NCBI GenBank assembly: GCA_050250895.1
Contig: JBFWNU010000004.1
Coordinates: forward strand, 334,934 to 398,933
DNA length: 64,000 nucleotides
Direction: 5' to 3'
Source: Vulcanimicrobiota bacterium
GTDB taxonomy: Bacteria > Vulcanimicrobiota > Xenobia > Xenobiales > JADMJV01
In this document: piece by piece, positions 15,441 through 24,501 of the stretch
Layout: every line of letters starts with the position of its first letter
Position numbering within the stretch: the stretch's first letter is position 1
Translations under genes and position numbers: made by a program
Notes under the pieces: generated by a model
The model's input: only the letters and a program-made list of their open reading frames with translations
Databases searched by the model: none
Told to the model about the DNA's origin: nothing

Positions 15441-17297
15441 CTACGGCACTCGGATGATCCCGAACTGGTATGGTTGAGAGTTCATCGAGTTGAGGTCGTC
15501 CTGGTCGGTGGCCAAAATCGGCGACCCCGCTACCAGCGTCATGGCCTGCGACTCGAAGACGGCGATACCGCCCCCGTTGAAGTGGGTCACGAACAACCGG
15601 TTGGTGGTCGGGTCGTGGGCCAGCCCGCACGGGCTGCCGCTGCCGGTAGCAAAGGGCGAGCCCGCGATGATGGCATCCTGGACGTTGTTGTCTCCACCGT
15701 TAGGAATGGCGGCGGCATCGAGCACATCGACGTTGTTGTCCTGGAAGTTGGCCAGATAGAGGCGGTTCTGACTGGGAACATACAGCAGACCGGCCCCCAC
15801 GCTGGTATCGCGCCCACCGGGACGGTTGTACGGAGAGCCGGCGACCGGGGTCAAGTTGACCAGGTCAAAAGCGCTGAAATCCGTGTCGCCCCCGGCGTAG
15901 AGCCGATCGTTGGTGAGGTCGACCACCATCTGGCCCTTGTTGTTGAAGTGGCCAGAGTTAAACGGCGAGCCCGCGATCGGAGTGAGCGTCTGGGCGTCGA
16001 AGATGGCGTAGAGGGCGTTGATGCTGATGTTGTTGTCGCCGGTGCGCATGATGATACGGTCGCGCTCGGCGTCATAGGCAACCGAGCCGACTCCGGCATT
16101 CATGTTGGCCGGCAGAGGCTTGAAGGGCGAGCCGGCCACAATGTTCATGTTGGCTGCGTCAAAGACCCAGAGGCCATCCCCCGAAGATAGGTAAACGCGG
16201 TCGTGGTTGGCGTCATAGGCAACGCTTCTAGCAAAGACGTTGACCCCCGCTCCGAACGGAGTCGTCCCTTGATTGGTGGCATTGGCCGCGAAGGCGTCCT
16301 TGAGGGGCGAGCCGGCCACGTGGGCACCGGTCGAGGCGCTCAAGACGTTGAGACCGTCCGTGGGCAGCAGCACCCGGTCATGAACAGAGTCATAAGCCAT
16401 GAAGCCACTGGGAAAAAGAACGTCGAGAGGACCGGCGATGCGGGTCAAAGTGGCCGGGTTGATAGCGATCAGATCCATCTGGAAGAGGGAGCCACCATCG
16501 CGCTCGCAGGTGATGATCGAGCCGGGGGGGATGTTCACGATGGTCGAAGAGTTGATATCGAGCGTGAGCTGGGTCGGATTGAGCCCGTTGGCATCGGCCT
16601 GAATCACGAAGCCGGTGCCAGCCCGGCTAATCTGCAGACCGCTGAAGGTGGCCACCCCGTCGATGGCCGCCACCATCGTGGTTCCGGTGAACTGTGCCAC
16701 GCCGGTAGGGTCGTTGACCAACGAGAGAGTGACGGTCCGGGTGTCGCCCGTCAGAGCATTGCCGAACGCATCGGTGATGCTCACGGTGAGGTCGAAGTCG
16801 GTAGCCGACGTCACCGGGGCGGGCAAGTTGAAGGTCAGCATCGACGCGGGACCAGGAGTGACCGTAAAGGTCTGACTGGTTGCCGCCACGTTGCCCGCCG
16901 AAGCCCGCAACACCAGGTTGGGGAAGGCCGTGATGACCTGAAGGTCATTGAAGGTGGCCACCCCGGCCACGGCGTTGACGGTGGTGGTTCCACGCAGGTC
17001 GATGGGCGGGGCGTTGGCCGGTTGCACCACCTCGATGGTGACCGGTCCGTTGAAGCCGGTAGCGCGGGTTCCGTCACCCAGGCGCACCTCGACCACGGGC
17101 GCGGGCGTGATGACCGTGCCAGCTTCGCGGGCCACGGCTCCGCGGGTGGTTGGTTGGGTGATGAAAGCCAGGCTGGCGATCTCGGTTGCGTTGTTGGTGC
17201 CGGACGCGGTCGTGCCGCGACCAGCGGGACCGCTATTACACCCCAAGAATAGCGACACCAGCAGCAACACGGCGGAAAATCGAAGAGTAATCTTCAT
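15441..17297 (-). CDS. Lipoprotein with two Ig-like domains and a YncE-like beta-propeller
   Basis: FLGC lipobox; GVATF repeats; repeated YD...RLY...xAGSPF blades. Confidence 0.75.
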   Translation of the reverse strand: MKITLRFSAVLLLVSLFLGCNSGPAGRGTTASGTNNATEIASLAFITQPTTRGAVAREAGTVITPAPVVEVRLGDGTRATGFNGPVTIEVVQPANAPPIDLRGTTTVNAVAGVATFNDLQVITAFPNLVLRASAGNVAATSQTFTVTPGPASMLTFNLPAPVTSATDFDLTVSITDAFGNALTGDTRTVTLSLVNDPTGVAQFTGTTMVAAIDGVATFSGLQISRAGTGFVIQADANGLNPTQLTLDINSSTIVNIPPGSIITCERDGGSLFQMDLIAINPATLTRIAGPLDVLFPSGFMAYDSVHDRVLLPTDGLNVLSASTGAHVAGSPLKDAFAANATNQGTTPFGAGVNVFARSVAYDANHDRVYLSSGDGLWVFDAANMNIVAGSPFKPLPANMNAGVGSVAYDAERDRIIMRTGDNNISINALYAIFDAQTLTPIAGSPFNSGHFNNKGQMVVDLTNDRLYAGGDTDFSAFDLVNLTPVAGSPYNRPGGRDTSVGAGLLYVPSQNRLYLANFQDNNVDVLDAAAIPNGGDNNVQDAIIAGSPFATGSGSPCGLAHDPTTNRLFVTHFNGGGIAVFESQAMTLVAGSPILATDQDDLNSMNSQPYQFGIIRVP

Positions 17298-17456
17298 TCA
17301 GGAACATCCCCCTAGACAAAATGTCGAAAAGCATTCTGACATTTAAGGCAAACTCCTTTCCTTCGACCCGACTCAACCAGGAGATTTAACAACCGGACAA
17401 CAATCGAGGCCAGGGTTCCAAGAGGCTGGACACAAAGCGCGGTATAGACTCGCAGC

Positions 17457-17906
17457 ATGAGAATTCAGCCTCTATTCCATCACCAGGCCGGGGCAGCCCG
17501 TCCGCCTCAGCCTCACCAATCGCTCCCACCCGACCCTCGCAGCGAAGTGTACGAACGTGCCAGCGACCTGATTGACCGAGCCTCGAGCCTGATTGGAACC
17601 GCCTTCTTTGGCACGGTAGGAGGAACCCTGGGCGGACTGGCCGGAGCCCTGGCCGTGGGTAGCCTCACCGGGGGCCCCGGAGCGATCGTAGGGTTGGTCG
17701 CGGGCGCCGCCGCGGGCGGAGCCGGAGCCGCCTACGCCCATCGCCGGGGCCATGGTGAGCTGATGGGCAAATCTCTCATGGCACTAGCCGCTGTTGGCTT
17801 GGGAGCCGGCCTGGGAGCAGCCGTGGGAGGCGCCACCGGGGCGGCTGTGGGCGGCACCGTCGGGACTCTGTACGCAGCGGCCGGAATCTACTTCTCACGA
17901 GACTAG
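17457..17906 (+). CDS. Glycine-zipper membrane protein
   Basis: Multiple GxxxG hydrophobic segments; TAGACT 6 nt before ATG. Confidence 0.7.
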   Translation: MRIQPLFHHQAGAARPPQPHQSLPPDPRSEVYERASDLIDRASSLIGTAFFGTVGGTLGGLAGALAVGSLTGGPGAIVGLVAGAAAGGAGAAYAHRRGHGELMGKSLMALAAVGLGAGLGAAVGGATGAAVGGTVGTLYAAAGIYFSRD

Positions 17907-18096
17907 AGCGCGATCCTGGCAGGTAATGTCGAAGTTGCGGGCGAGGTTGGGGCCCGCAGTTTGCAGACCCTCAGCAGGGCCGGTGAGACCGGGTCGTAAA
18001 CGGGGGGGGAAATTAGAGACGGGTCTGGAACTTGAAAAACTTGCCCGCCGGTTCAACTTGCGGCATTGGCTTATTTCGATAGGATTGGAGTGAACG

Positions 18097-18711
18097 ATGA
18101 AGGTTGTCAAACGTTCGTTGGACTTGCTGCTTCTGCTTTTGTTCGGTCCGTTCGCTCTGCTTTTGATCCTGATGGGTGCCGCTCTTATCAAGCTCCTGAG
18201 TCCCGGCCCGGTCTTCTATAGCCAGAGACGGGTGGGGCTGGGTGGCAAACTGATCGACGTCTGGAAGCTGCGAACCATGCGCGTCGACGCCGAGCAGGCG
18301 CTGGCCAAGCACCTCGAGAGCGAGCCAGCGGCCGCCGACGAGTGGCGCCGCCACTTCAAGCTCAAGGACGACCCGCGGGTCATTCCCTACATCGGCAACT
18401 TCCTGCGCAAGTCCAGCATGGACGAATTGCCGCAATTTTTCAACATTTTGCTCGGAGAGATGTCTTTCGTCGGCCCCCGTCCGTTTCCCGAGTACCACCT
18501 TCGGGTTTTCGACAAACCGTTCCGTCGCCGTCGTCAGAGCGTCTTGCCCGGACTCACCGGCCTGTGGCAAATCCGCGTGCGTAGTGGCGGAGACATCAGG
18601 GCTCAGCGTTATTGGGACCTCAAATACCTGGTGGGGCGCTGCCTGATGCTCGACCTGCGCATCTTGTGCGAGACTCCCCTGGTCGTGATCCGGGCCAAAG
18701 GCGCCGTCTAG
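18097..18711 (+). CDS. Priming sugar transferase (WcaJ/WbaP-type catalytic domain)
   Basis: KRSLD, KLRTM, DDPRV, DELPQ, MSFVGPRP, PGLTGLWQ. Confidence 0.93.
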   Translation: MKVVKRSLDLLLLLLFGPFALLLILMGAALIKLLSPGPVFYSQRRVGLGGKLIDVWKLRTMRVDAEQALAKHLESEPAAADEWRRHFKLKDDPRVIPYIGNFLRKSSMDELPQFFNILLGEMSFVGPRPFPEYHLRVFDKPFRRRRQSVLPGLTGLWQIRVRSGGDIRAQRYWDLKYLVGRCLMLDLRILCETPLVVIRAKGAV

Positions 18712-18797
18712 GCTCCGGCAGCGAACCCCGTATCAGCGGGCTTTGCGGCCGGCAGGCTGGGAGGAGATCGTTATTCAACCAGTAATAGTTAGCCCCC

Positions 18798-21314
18798 ATG
18801 CGCAGAGCACGATGCCGTCCCAGCGAAAACTCTAGCTTCCGGACTCTGGCTGGATTGTTGGTATGCTTGGTCCTGCTGGCCCTGGTGGCTCCAGTCTGGG
18901 CTCAACCGACTCCCGTGCCTCCCGCACAGGATGGCCAGCCGCAGCCGTCCCAACAGCAACTGGAGGAAGACTCCGCCGACCTTGGCCAGACGGGCGAAAT
19001 CCAGGTCCCCCCTCCCCCGGTCACCCCCACCCAGACGGTGCGAGAACTCAATGCGCATCCTGGCCCGACGATCGGCTCGCCGGACACCTTTCGCAACTCG
19101 AGGGTGCTCGACGCCCTCGAGCAATCGCGAGTTCAGCGCCAGCAGCGCCAGACCCAAGAGCTCGAGCGCTTCGGCTCTTCGTTCTTCGAGCGTTCCCAAG
19201 AAGAGTTGACCCGGGCCGATGAGGCGACCGTGCCGGATGACTACAAACTAAGGTCAGGCGACGAACTCAATGTCACCACCTACAACATCAGAGGCGGAGA
19301 ATCGGTCGACATTTCCCGGGTGGACGAGTCTGGGGTTGTCCAGCTGACGGGAGTTGGCCCGGTGCCTGTGGCGGGCCTCACCCGGCCTCAGGCAGAGACA
19401 CGCTTCAACAGCCTCATCTCTCGCCAGTTTCCCAACATGCGGGTGAGGCTTACCTTTACCCGCGTCCCAAAAATTCGCGTTTTCGTGCTCGGAGAAGCCA
19501 ATCGCCCCGGCGGGTACCTGATGAATCCCACGGCCACGGTGCTCGACGCCTTGCTCCACGCCCGCGGGCCTTCGCGAGCGGGCAGCTACCGCCGCATCGA
19601 ATTGCAGCGAGCCGGCCGCACCGTGGCCACCTTCGACCTCTACGACCTGTTGATTTTCGGGCGTACGGCCTCGCCCCGATTGCAAAACGGCGACCGAATC
19701 TTCGTGCCCCTGGTGGGCAACGAAGTCTCGATTACCGGCGAGGTGTTGCGCCCTGCCGTTTATGAACTGCGACAAGAGAAGACGCTGGCTCAGCTGATCT
19801 CGCTCGCCGGAGGCTTGCGTCCCGAAGCCTACTCTCCGCGGGTCCAGATCGAGCGAATCGATGACCACAACCTGAGAAAGCTCATCGATATTCCCTTCGA
19901 CAAGGCAGCCACGACCGCTCTTCGGCCCGGTGACTTCATCATCATCGAGCCGGTGCTAGAGAACCTGACCAATGGCGTGTTCGTGTCGGGGGCTGTCGAG
20001 CGGCCCGGATTCTATGAGATCAAAACCGGTGCCTCGACGGTGGCCGGGGTTATTCGTCAGGCCCAGGGTTTGACCAACGGCGCCTACGCCCAACACGCTG
20101 AGATTTTTCGCTACGTAAGGACGTTTGGTCCCCACGGAGAAACGCTGATCGACCGCTCGGCCCCCCAGGAGGTCATCGGCTTTGATCTGGCCGCCGCTCT
20201 CAGCGGCGATTCGACCAACGACCTGGCCCTGCTTCCAGAAGACGTGATTGTCGTCTCGACCCGCGAAGAGGCCCTGGTCGACCGCGAGCGAGTCCGTATT
20301 CAGGGCGAGGTCAAAAACCCCGGCGAATACCCGCGCTTTGGCAAGATGCGGGTGCGCGATCTGGTCAACCTGGCCGGTGGCATCACCCCTGAGGCCTCGG
20401 TCCAGGCCGAGATCGCTCGCCCTGGTCCCATGGGTAAGATCGAGTTCATCCCGGTCGATCTGGGGGGCGCCATGGAGGGGGGGACCCTCGCCAACAACCC
20501 GGTCCTGCAAGACCTGGATGTGCTGATCGTCAGGCCGCAGCTGCGAGCCAAGCGATGGCCGGCCTCGATCACCTTGCTGGGAGAGTTCAAGCATCCCGGC
20601 GTCTATGTCGTCGATCCTGACCGCGAGACGCTAGCCGACGTGATCGCACGGGCCGGTGGCCTCACCGCTGAGGCTTACCCGAAGGCAGCGGTGCTCACCC
20701 GCCGACGACCCGAGATTCTCTCCACCGACCAGAGCGGCCTGGCGGCCATCGTCTTCAAAAACCTGCAAGAGGTAGCGCGCCAGATCGCTCTGGTCGAAAA
20801 TGCCCGCCTCTCCCGGCAGCCGACCGCCGCCGGCGCGGCCCGGGTGGACTTTAGAGCCTTGACCGAGGCAGCTACGGCCCCGCCCCGAGAACTGGACTTC
20901 GTGCTCACCTCGGGCCGGATCCCCATCTCGCTGGGCGAGATTCTGGCCTCGGGCCAGGGAGATCCGCGGGTCAAAGAAGGCGACGTGCTCTTTGTTCCGC
21001 AAGAGCCTGAAATGGTCATCGTCTCCGGGGCGGTCGTCATGCCCACCCCGCTGGTCTGGCGCCCAGGCCGCCACGCCGAGGAATACATTGACCAGGCGGG
21101 TGGATTTGCCGAGGACGCGGCCACGGATCGCGTGCTCATCCTGAGGGTCAGCGGGCAACTGGTCAAAGAGGGGGACGCCGGGGTCTTAGAACCCGGAGAC
21201 CTCATTCTCGTCCCGCCTCGAGCGCTGATCTCCGAGCCCGACGCCTTCGAGCGTTTCTTGAGCGTGCTCCAGGTCATCGCCAACGGAGCCTTTGTCTGGC
21301 GGGCCTTCCGATGA
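18798..21314 (+). CDS. Polysaccharide export protein with multiple SLBB domains
   Basis: Poly_export DYKLRSGD; repeated GEVxxPGxY...LAGG. Confidence 0.9.
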   Translation: MRRARCRPSENSSFRTLAGLLVCLVLLALVAPVWAQPTPVPPAQDGQPQPSQQQLEEDSADLGQTGEIQVPPPPVTPTQTVRELNAHPGPTIGSPDTFRNSRVLDALEQSRVQRQQRQTQELERFGSSFFERSQEELTRADEATVPDDYKLRSGDELNVTTYNIRGGESVDISRVDESGVVQLTGVGPVPVAGLTRPQAETRFNSLISRQFPNMRVRLTFTRVPKIRVFVLGEANRPGGYLMNPTATVLDALLHARGPSRAGSYRRIELQRAGRTVATFDLYDLLIFGRTASPRLQNGDRIFVPLVGNEVSITGEVLRPAVYELRQEKTLAQLISLAGGLRPEAYSPRVQIERIDDHNLRKLIDIPFDKAATTALRPGDFIIIEPVLENLTNGVFVSGAVERPGFYEIKTGASTVAGVIRQAQGLTNGAYAQHAEIFRYVRTFGPHGETLIDRSAPQEVIGFDLAAALSGDSTNDLALLPEDVIVVSTREEALVDRERVRIQGEVKNPGEYPRFGKMRVRDLVNLAGGITPEASVQAEIARPGPMGKIEFIPVDLGGAMEGGTLANNPVLQDLDVLIVRPQLRAKRWPASITLLGEFKHPGVYVVDPDRETLADVIARAGGLTAEAYPKAAVLTRRRPEILSTDQSGLAAIVFKNLQEVARQIALVENARLSRQPTAAGAARVDFRALTEAATAPPRELDFVLTSGRIPISLGEILASGQGDPRVKEGDVLFVPQEPEMVIVSGAVVMPTPLVWRPGRHAEEYIDQAGGFAEDAATDRVLILRVSGQLVKEGDAGVLEPGDLILVPPRALISEPDAFERFLSVLQVIANGAFVWRAFR

Positions 21315-21331
21315 TTGCCATAGAGGGCTAG

Positions 21332-22606
21332 ATGGACCGCCCGCTGCGCCGGATTCATGGCATCGTGTGTATCATGTACATCGCCGATGCCTTCTTCTCG
21401 CTTTATGACGAGCCCGGCGTCAGTCTCACCGAGAACAATCCGGCCAGCCGAGTTCTCTGGATTTTCTTGATCGTTTCGTCTTTGTTGCTGGCCCTGCCGC
21501 GACCCGGCCGCACGAGCCGCATGTTCTTCAACAACCTGGCGTTGACCGGCTTCGTCCTGCTCACCGTGGCCTCCAGTGCCTGGTCTATTCTGCCGGGCAC
21601 GACCTTCAGAAGAGCCGTCCTGGCAGTCTTCACGCTCCAGTTTGCCAGCCACCTTCGGGCCAACTTCAAGCAAGCCGAAGTGTGGGAGTTGCTTCGCACC
21701 GCCTTGCGATGGTCACTGCTTTTGTCGGTGGCGGTTTGCCTGGTCAGACCCGACATCGGCGTGGACTCGCAGTACCACGTGGGGCAGTGGCGAGGTCTAT
21801 TTCCGCACAAGAATAGTCTGGGCCGGGCGGCGGCGCTGCTGGGTAGTCTGGCCCTCGGGCACTGGCTGAGTGGGGGCAAAGGTCGCTTCAAGATCGGGCT
21901 CGATATGGTATTGTGCCTGGGCTTGATGGTACTGGCCTTTTCCAGGACCGGTCTGGCCTCGTTTTTGGGAGTCGCAGCCGTGCTGGTAGTACTGCGCATG
22001 CTGCAGAACACCAAAGGTCACGACCGCTGGTTGGCCGCCAGCGCCATTCCGATAGCCACCGGCGTGATCCTGATCGTCTCCGGGCTGATGCTGTCCCTGC
22101 TGCCGAGCAACCTGTATGAGGACAAGCTCCTCACGGGCCGAATCCCCCTCTGGTACACCCTCACCCTGATGGCCCTGGAGAGGCCGCTGCAAGGCTACGG
22201 CTATGGCCAGACGATTTTGAGTCCGGCCGGGCACGGTCTAGAGATCTGGGCCCGGGTGGGGTGGGAAATGGGTAGCGCCCACAACGCCATGCTCCAGGTT
22301 CAGCTCGACCTGGGCGTGGTGGGATTGGCTTGCTATCTGATGGTCTGGCTCACCATCTTCGCTCGGGTGGGTCGCAACCTCACCAGGCCGCGCAGTCTGG
22401 TCGAAGTAGGAGTTTGCCTGATGGTGTTCGTCAACGGCTTGACCGAGATCGGCTCGGCCGCCCTCTCGACCCTTTGGGGTCTTGCCTTCATCCTGCTGGC
22501 GTTATCCGACAGGCAAGTCACTCATGATAGCGGTCCCGGCCCGGCTCTGCCGGTCGCGTCGCCGCCCTCCGCCTCCCCAGCAGATCTCGAACGGCGTGAG
22601 GAATGA
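21332..22606 (+). CDS. O-antigen ligase/Wzy-type polymerase (ExoQ-like)
   Basis: Polytopic; WRGLFPHKNSLG, SRT, LTGRxxLW, GYG, AHN. Confidence 0.85.
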   Translation: MDRPLRRIHGIVCIMYIADAFFSLYDEPGVSLTENNPASRVLWIFLIVSSLLLALPRPGRTSRMFFNNLALTGFVLLTVASSAWSILPGTTFRRAVLAVFTLQFASHLRANFKQAEVWELLRTALRWSLLLSVAVCLVRPDIGVDSQYHVGQWRGLFPHKNSLGRAAALLGSLALGHWLSGGKGRFKIGLDMVLCLGLMVLAFSRTGLASFLGVAAVLVVLRMLQNTKGHDRWLAASAIPIATGVILIVSGLMLSLLPSNLYEDKLLTGRIPLWYTLTLMALERPLQGYGYGQTILSPAGHGLEIWARVGWEMGSAHNAMLQVQLDLGVVGLACYLMVWLTIFARVGRNLTRPRSLVEVGVCLMVFVNGLTEIGSAALSTLWGLAFILLALSDRQVTHDSGPGPALPVASPPSASPADLERREE

Positions 22607-23315
22607 GACTCCACGGTTCGAGAAGGTAACGCTGCCAGACCCGACCCGGTGTCATCAACAGACGGGCCAGCCATTCGAGGCCCAACCGTCCGGTCCAGCG
22701 CGGTGGGGTGGGAATCTCGCCCGTGAGGTAGTCAAAGATGGCGCCGACCGTGATCGAGACGCAAGGCTCCAGGCGATCGAGATTGTGGCCCAGCCAGGTT
22801 TCCTGGCGCGGCATGCCCATTCCCACCAGCAGCACATGGGGCTGGAAAGCGTTGATATCGCTGACCACCCGCTCGTTGACCCGGGGGTCCTGGGGGTCGA
22901 AATAGCCGCTGGCGGCCCGAAATTCCAGGCCGGGGTAGCGGCTGGCTACATAGTCCTGGCTGCGTTCCACGACCTCCGGGCGTCCGCCCAGAGCGTAAAC
23001 CCTCCACGATCGGTTCAGAGCCCGCTCGAGCAACGGGCCGATCCAGTCCAGCACGGTGATTCGATGCTCGGCGCGCAGCGGTTCTCCTAACCAGCGCCCC
23101 CAGAAGATCAGCGGCATGCCGTCAATGAAGCAGGAGTCGGCGCGGGCATAGACCGAGCGCATCGGTTCACAACGATGAAAATGGTAGATGCTGTGGAGAT
23201 TGTGGTTCACGATGAGGTGGGGCGACGCACCGACCCCCCGTGAGACATCCTCCAAGAACTCGTCGAGGTTCATCGGGGTCACCTTCACGCCCAGCAACTG
23301 GCAGTCTCTAGGCAT
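22518..23315 (-). CDS. WecB/TagA/CpsF family glycosyltransferase
   Basis: IDGMPL, VGMGMPRQE, GAIFDY, GLEWLARL. Confidence 0.92.
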   Translation of the reverse strand: MPRDCQLLGVKVTPMNLDEFLEDVSRGVGASPHLIVNHNLHSIYHFHRCEPMRSVYARADSCFIDGMPLIFWGRWLGEPLRAEHRITVLDWIGPLLERALNRSWRVYALGGRPEVVERSQDYVASRYPGLEFRAASGYFDPQDPRVNERVVSDINAFQPHVLLVGMGMPRQETWLGHNLDRLEPCVSITVGAIFDYLTGEIPTPPRWTGRLGLEWLARLLMTPGRVWQRYLLEPWSLIPHAVRDLLGRRRAATRPAEPGRDRYHE

Positions 23316-24498
23316 GGCCCCGCCTCGGCCCAAGAAGGCCTCGCTCCTCGAGAGCGTCGAGGACCTGTTGGACGCGGGAGCGCCAGCTGTGCTCAGACTC
23401 CACCAGTTGCTGGCCCCGGCGCCCCATCTCGCTCCAGCGCTCCTGGCCGGCGCAGGCCTCTCGAAGGGCGTTCTCGAGGCTGCCGGCGGTGTGGGCCTCG
23501 AAGACGAATCCGCATTCAGCCCTGGCCACCAGGGCTCGGGCATCACGAAAGTCCGAGACGATCACGGGCAGCCCGGCGGCTAAATACTCATATAACTTCA
23601 GAGGCGAATGATACATCCCGCCCCAGGCCAGATCTCGTTGCCCCGAGAAGCCAAGATCGCAACCGGCCAGGATCGCTCCAACCTGGCTGGGCGGCACCGG
23701 CCCCAAAAACTTGACCTGCTCAGCCAGCCCCAGCTTGACACTCAACTGCTGGCACTCGCGCAAGCCTACGCCACCTCCGGCCACGACCAACCCATAAGCA
23801 ATTCCGTCCTGACGAAGCCGGTCCATGGCTTCGAGTAGAGCACACAGATTCTGCCATCGCTGCACCTGCCCCACGAAACAGATGGTGGGCCCGGCAAAGA
23901 AACGACTCGCCTCGGACCCGACTTGCAGGCGCGAGGCGTTCACCCCATTGGGCACCACCAGAATCTTCTGGTCGGGGATATCGAAGGTGTCGGCCACCAG
24001 CGCTTTGAGCTGCTCGCTGACACAGATGACCAGATCGGCGGCCGCCAGGGATGTTCTCTGAATCCGGTGAGCCAGGTCGACCAGTTCGAGGGTTCGATAC
24101 TCGTCACGCGACTCGAGGTGATGAATGCCGTTGACCTCGACCACCAGGCAGCCGCGGCGACCCAGCCCTTTCAAGAGACAACCGATGGCCTGGAAACTGC
24201 CACTTCGTTCGTAAAACACGTCGGCCTCGCCTAGCATGAAATAGGAGCAGAGGGCGTTGACAGGCCACAAGGCCAATCTGACGAAGTCTGAGGCAAGTCG
24301 CGCCGCTCTCGACTTCTGCAGATACTCCTGGGGATTTCCGCGATTGGGCAAGAAATCGCCGGCGATGTATCGCCGCGTCTCCCAGGCTAGCTCCTCAAAG
24401 CCAGCCAGGACTCCCAGGATATGGGTGCGAGCCCCGTATTGGGGACAATTCTCTCGCAGGGAGACACTCGGGGCTCCGGAAAGATAGGCCAAACGCAA
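23308..24498 (-). CDS. GT4 glycosyltransferase
   Basis: VVPNGV; SPLKLYEYLAAGLPV. Confidence 0.9.
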   Translation of the reverse strand: MRLAYLSGAPSVSLRENCPQYGARTHILGVLAGFEELAWETRRYIAGDFLPNRGNPQEYLQKSRAARLASDFVRLALWPVNALCSYFMLGEADVFYERSGSFQAIGCLLKGLGRRGCLVVEVNGIHHLESRDEYRTLELVDLAHRIQRTSLAAADLVICVSEQLKALVADTFDIPDQKILVVPNGVNASRLQVGSEASRFFAGPTICFVGQVQRWQNLCALLEAMDRLRQDGIAYGLVVAGGGVGLRECQQLSVKLGLAEQVKFLGPVPPSQVGAILAGCDLGFSGQRDLAWGGMYHSPLKLYEYLAAGLPVIVSDFRDARALVARAECGFVFEAHTAGSLENALREACAGQERWSEMGRRGQQLVESEHSWRSRVQQVLDALEERGLLGPRRGHA

Positions 24499-24501
24499 GG
24501 C

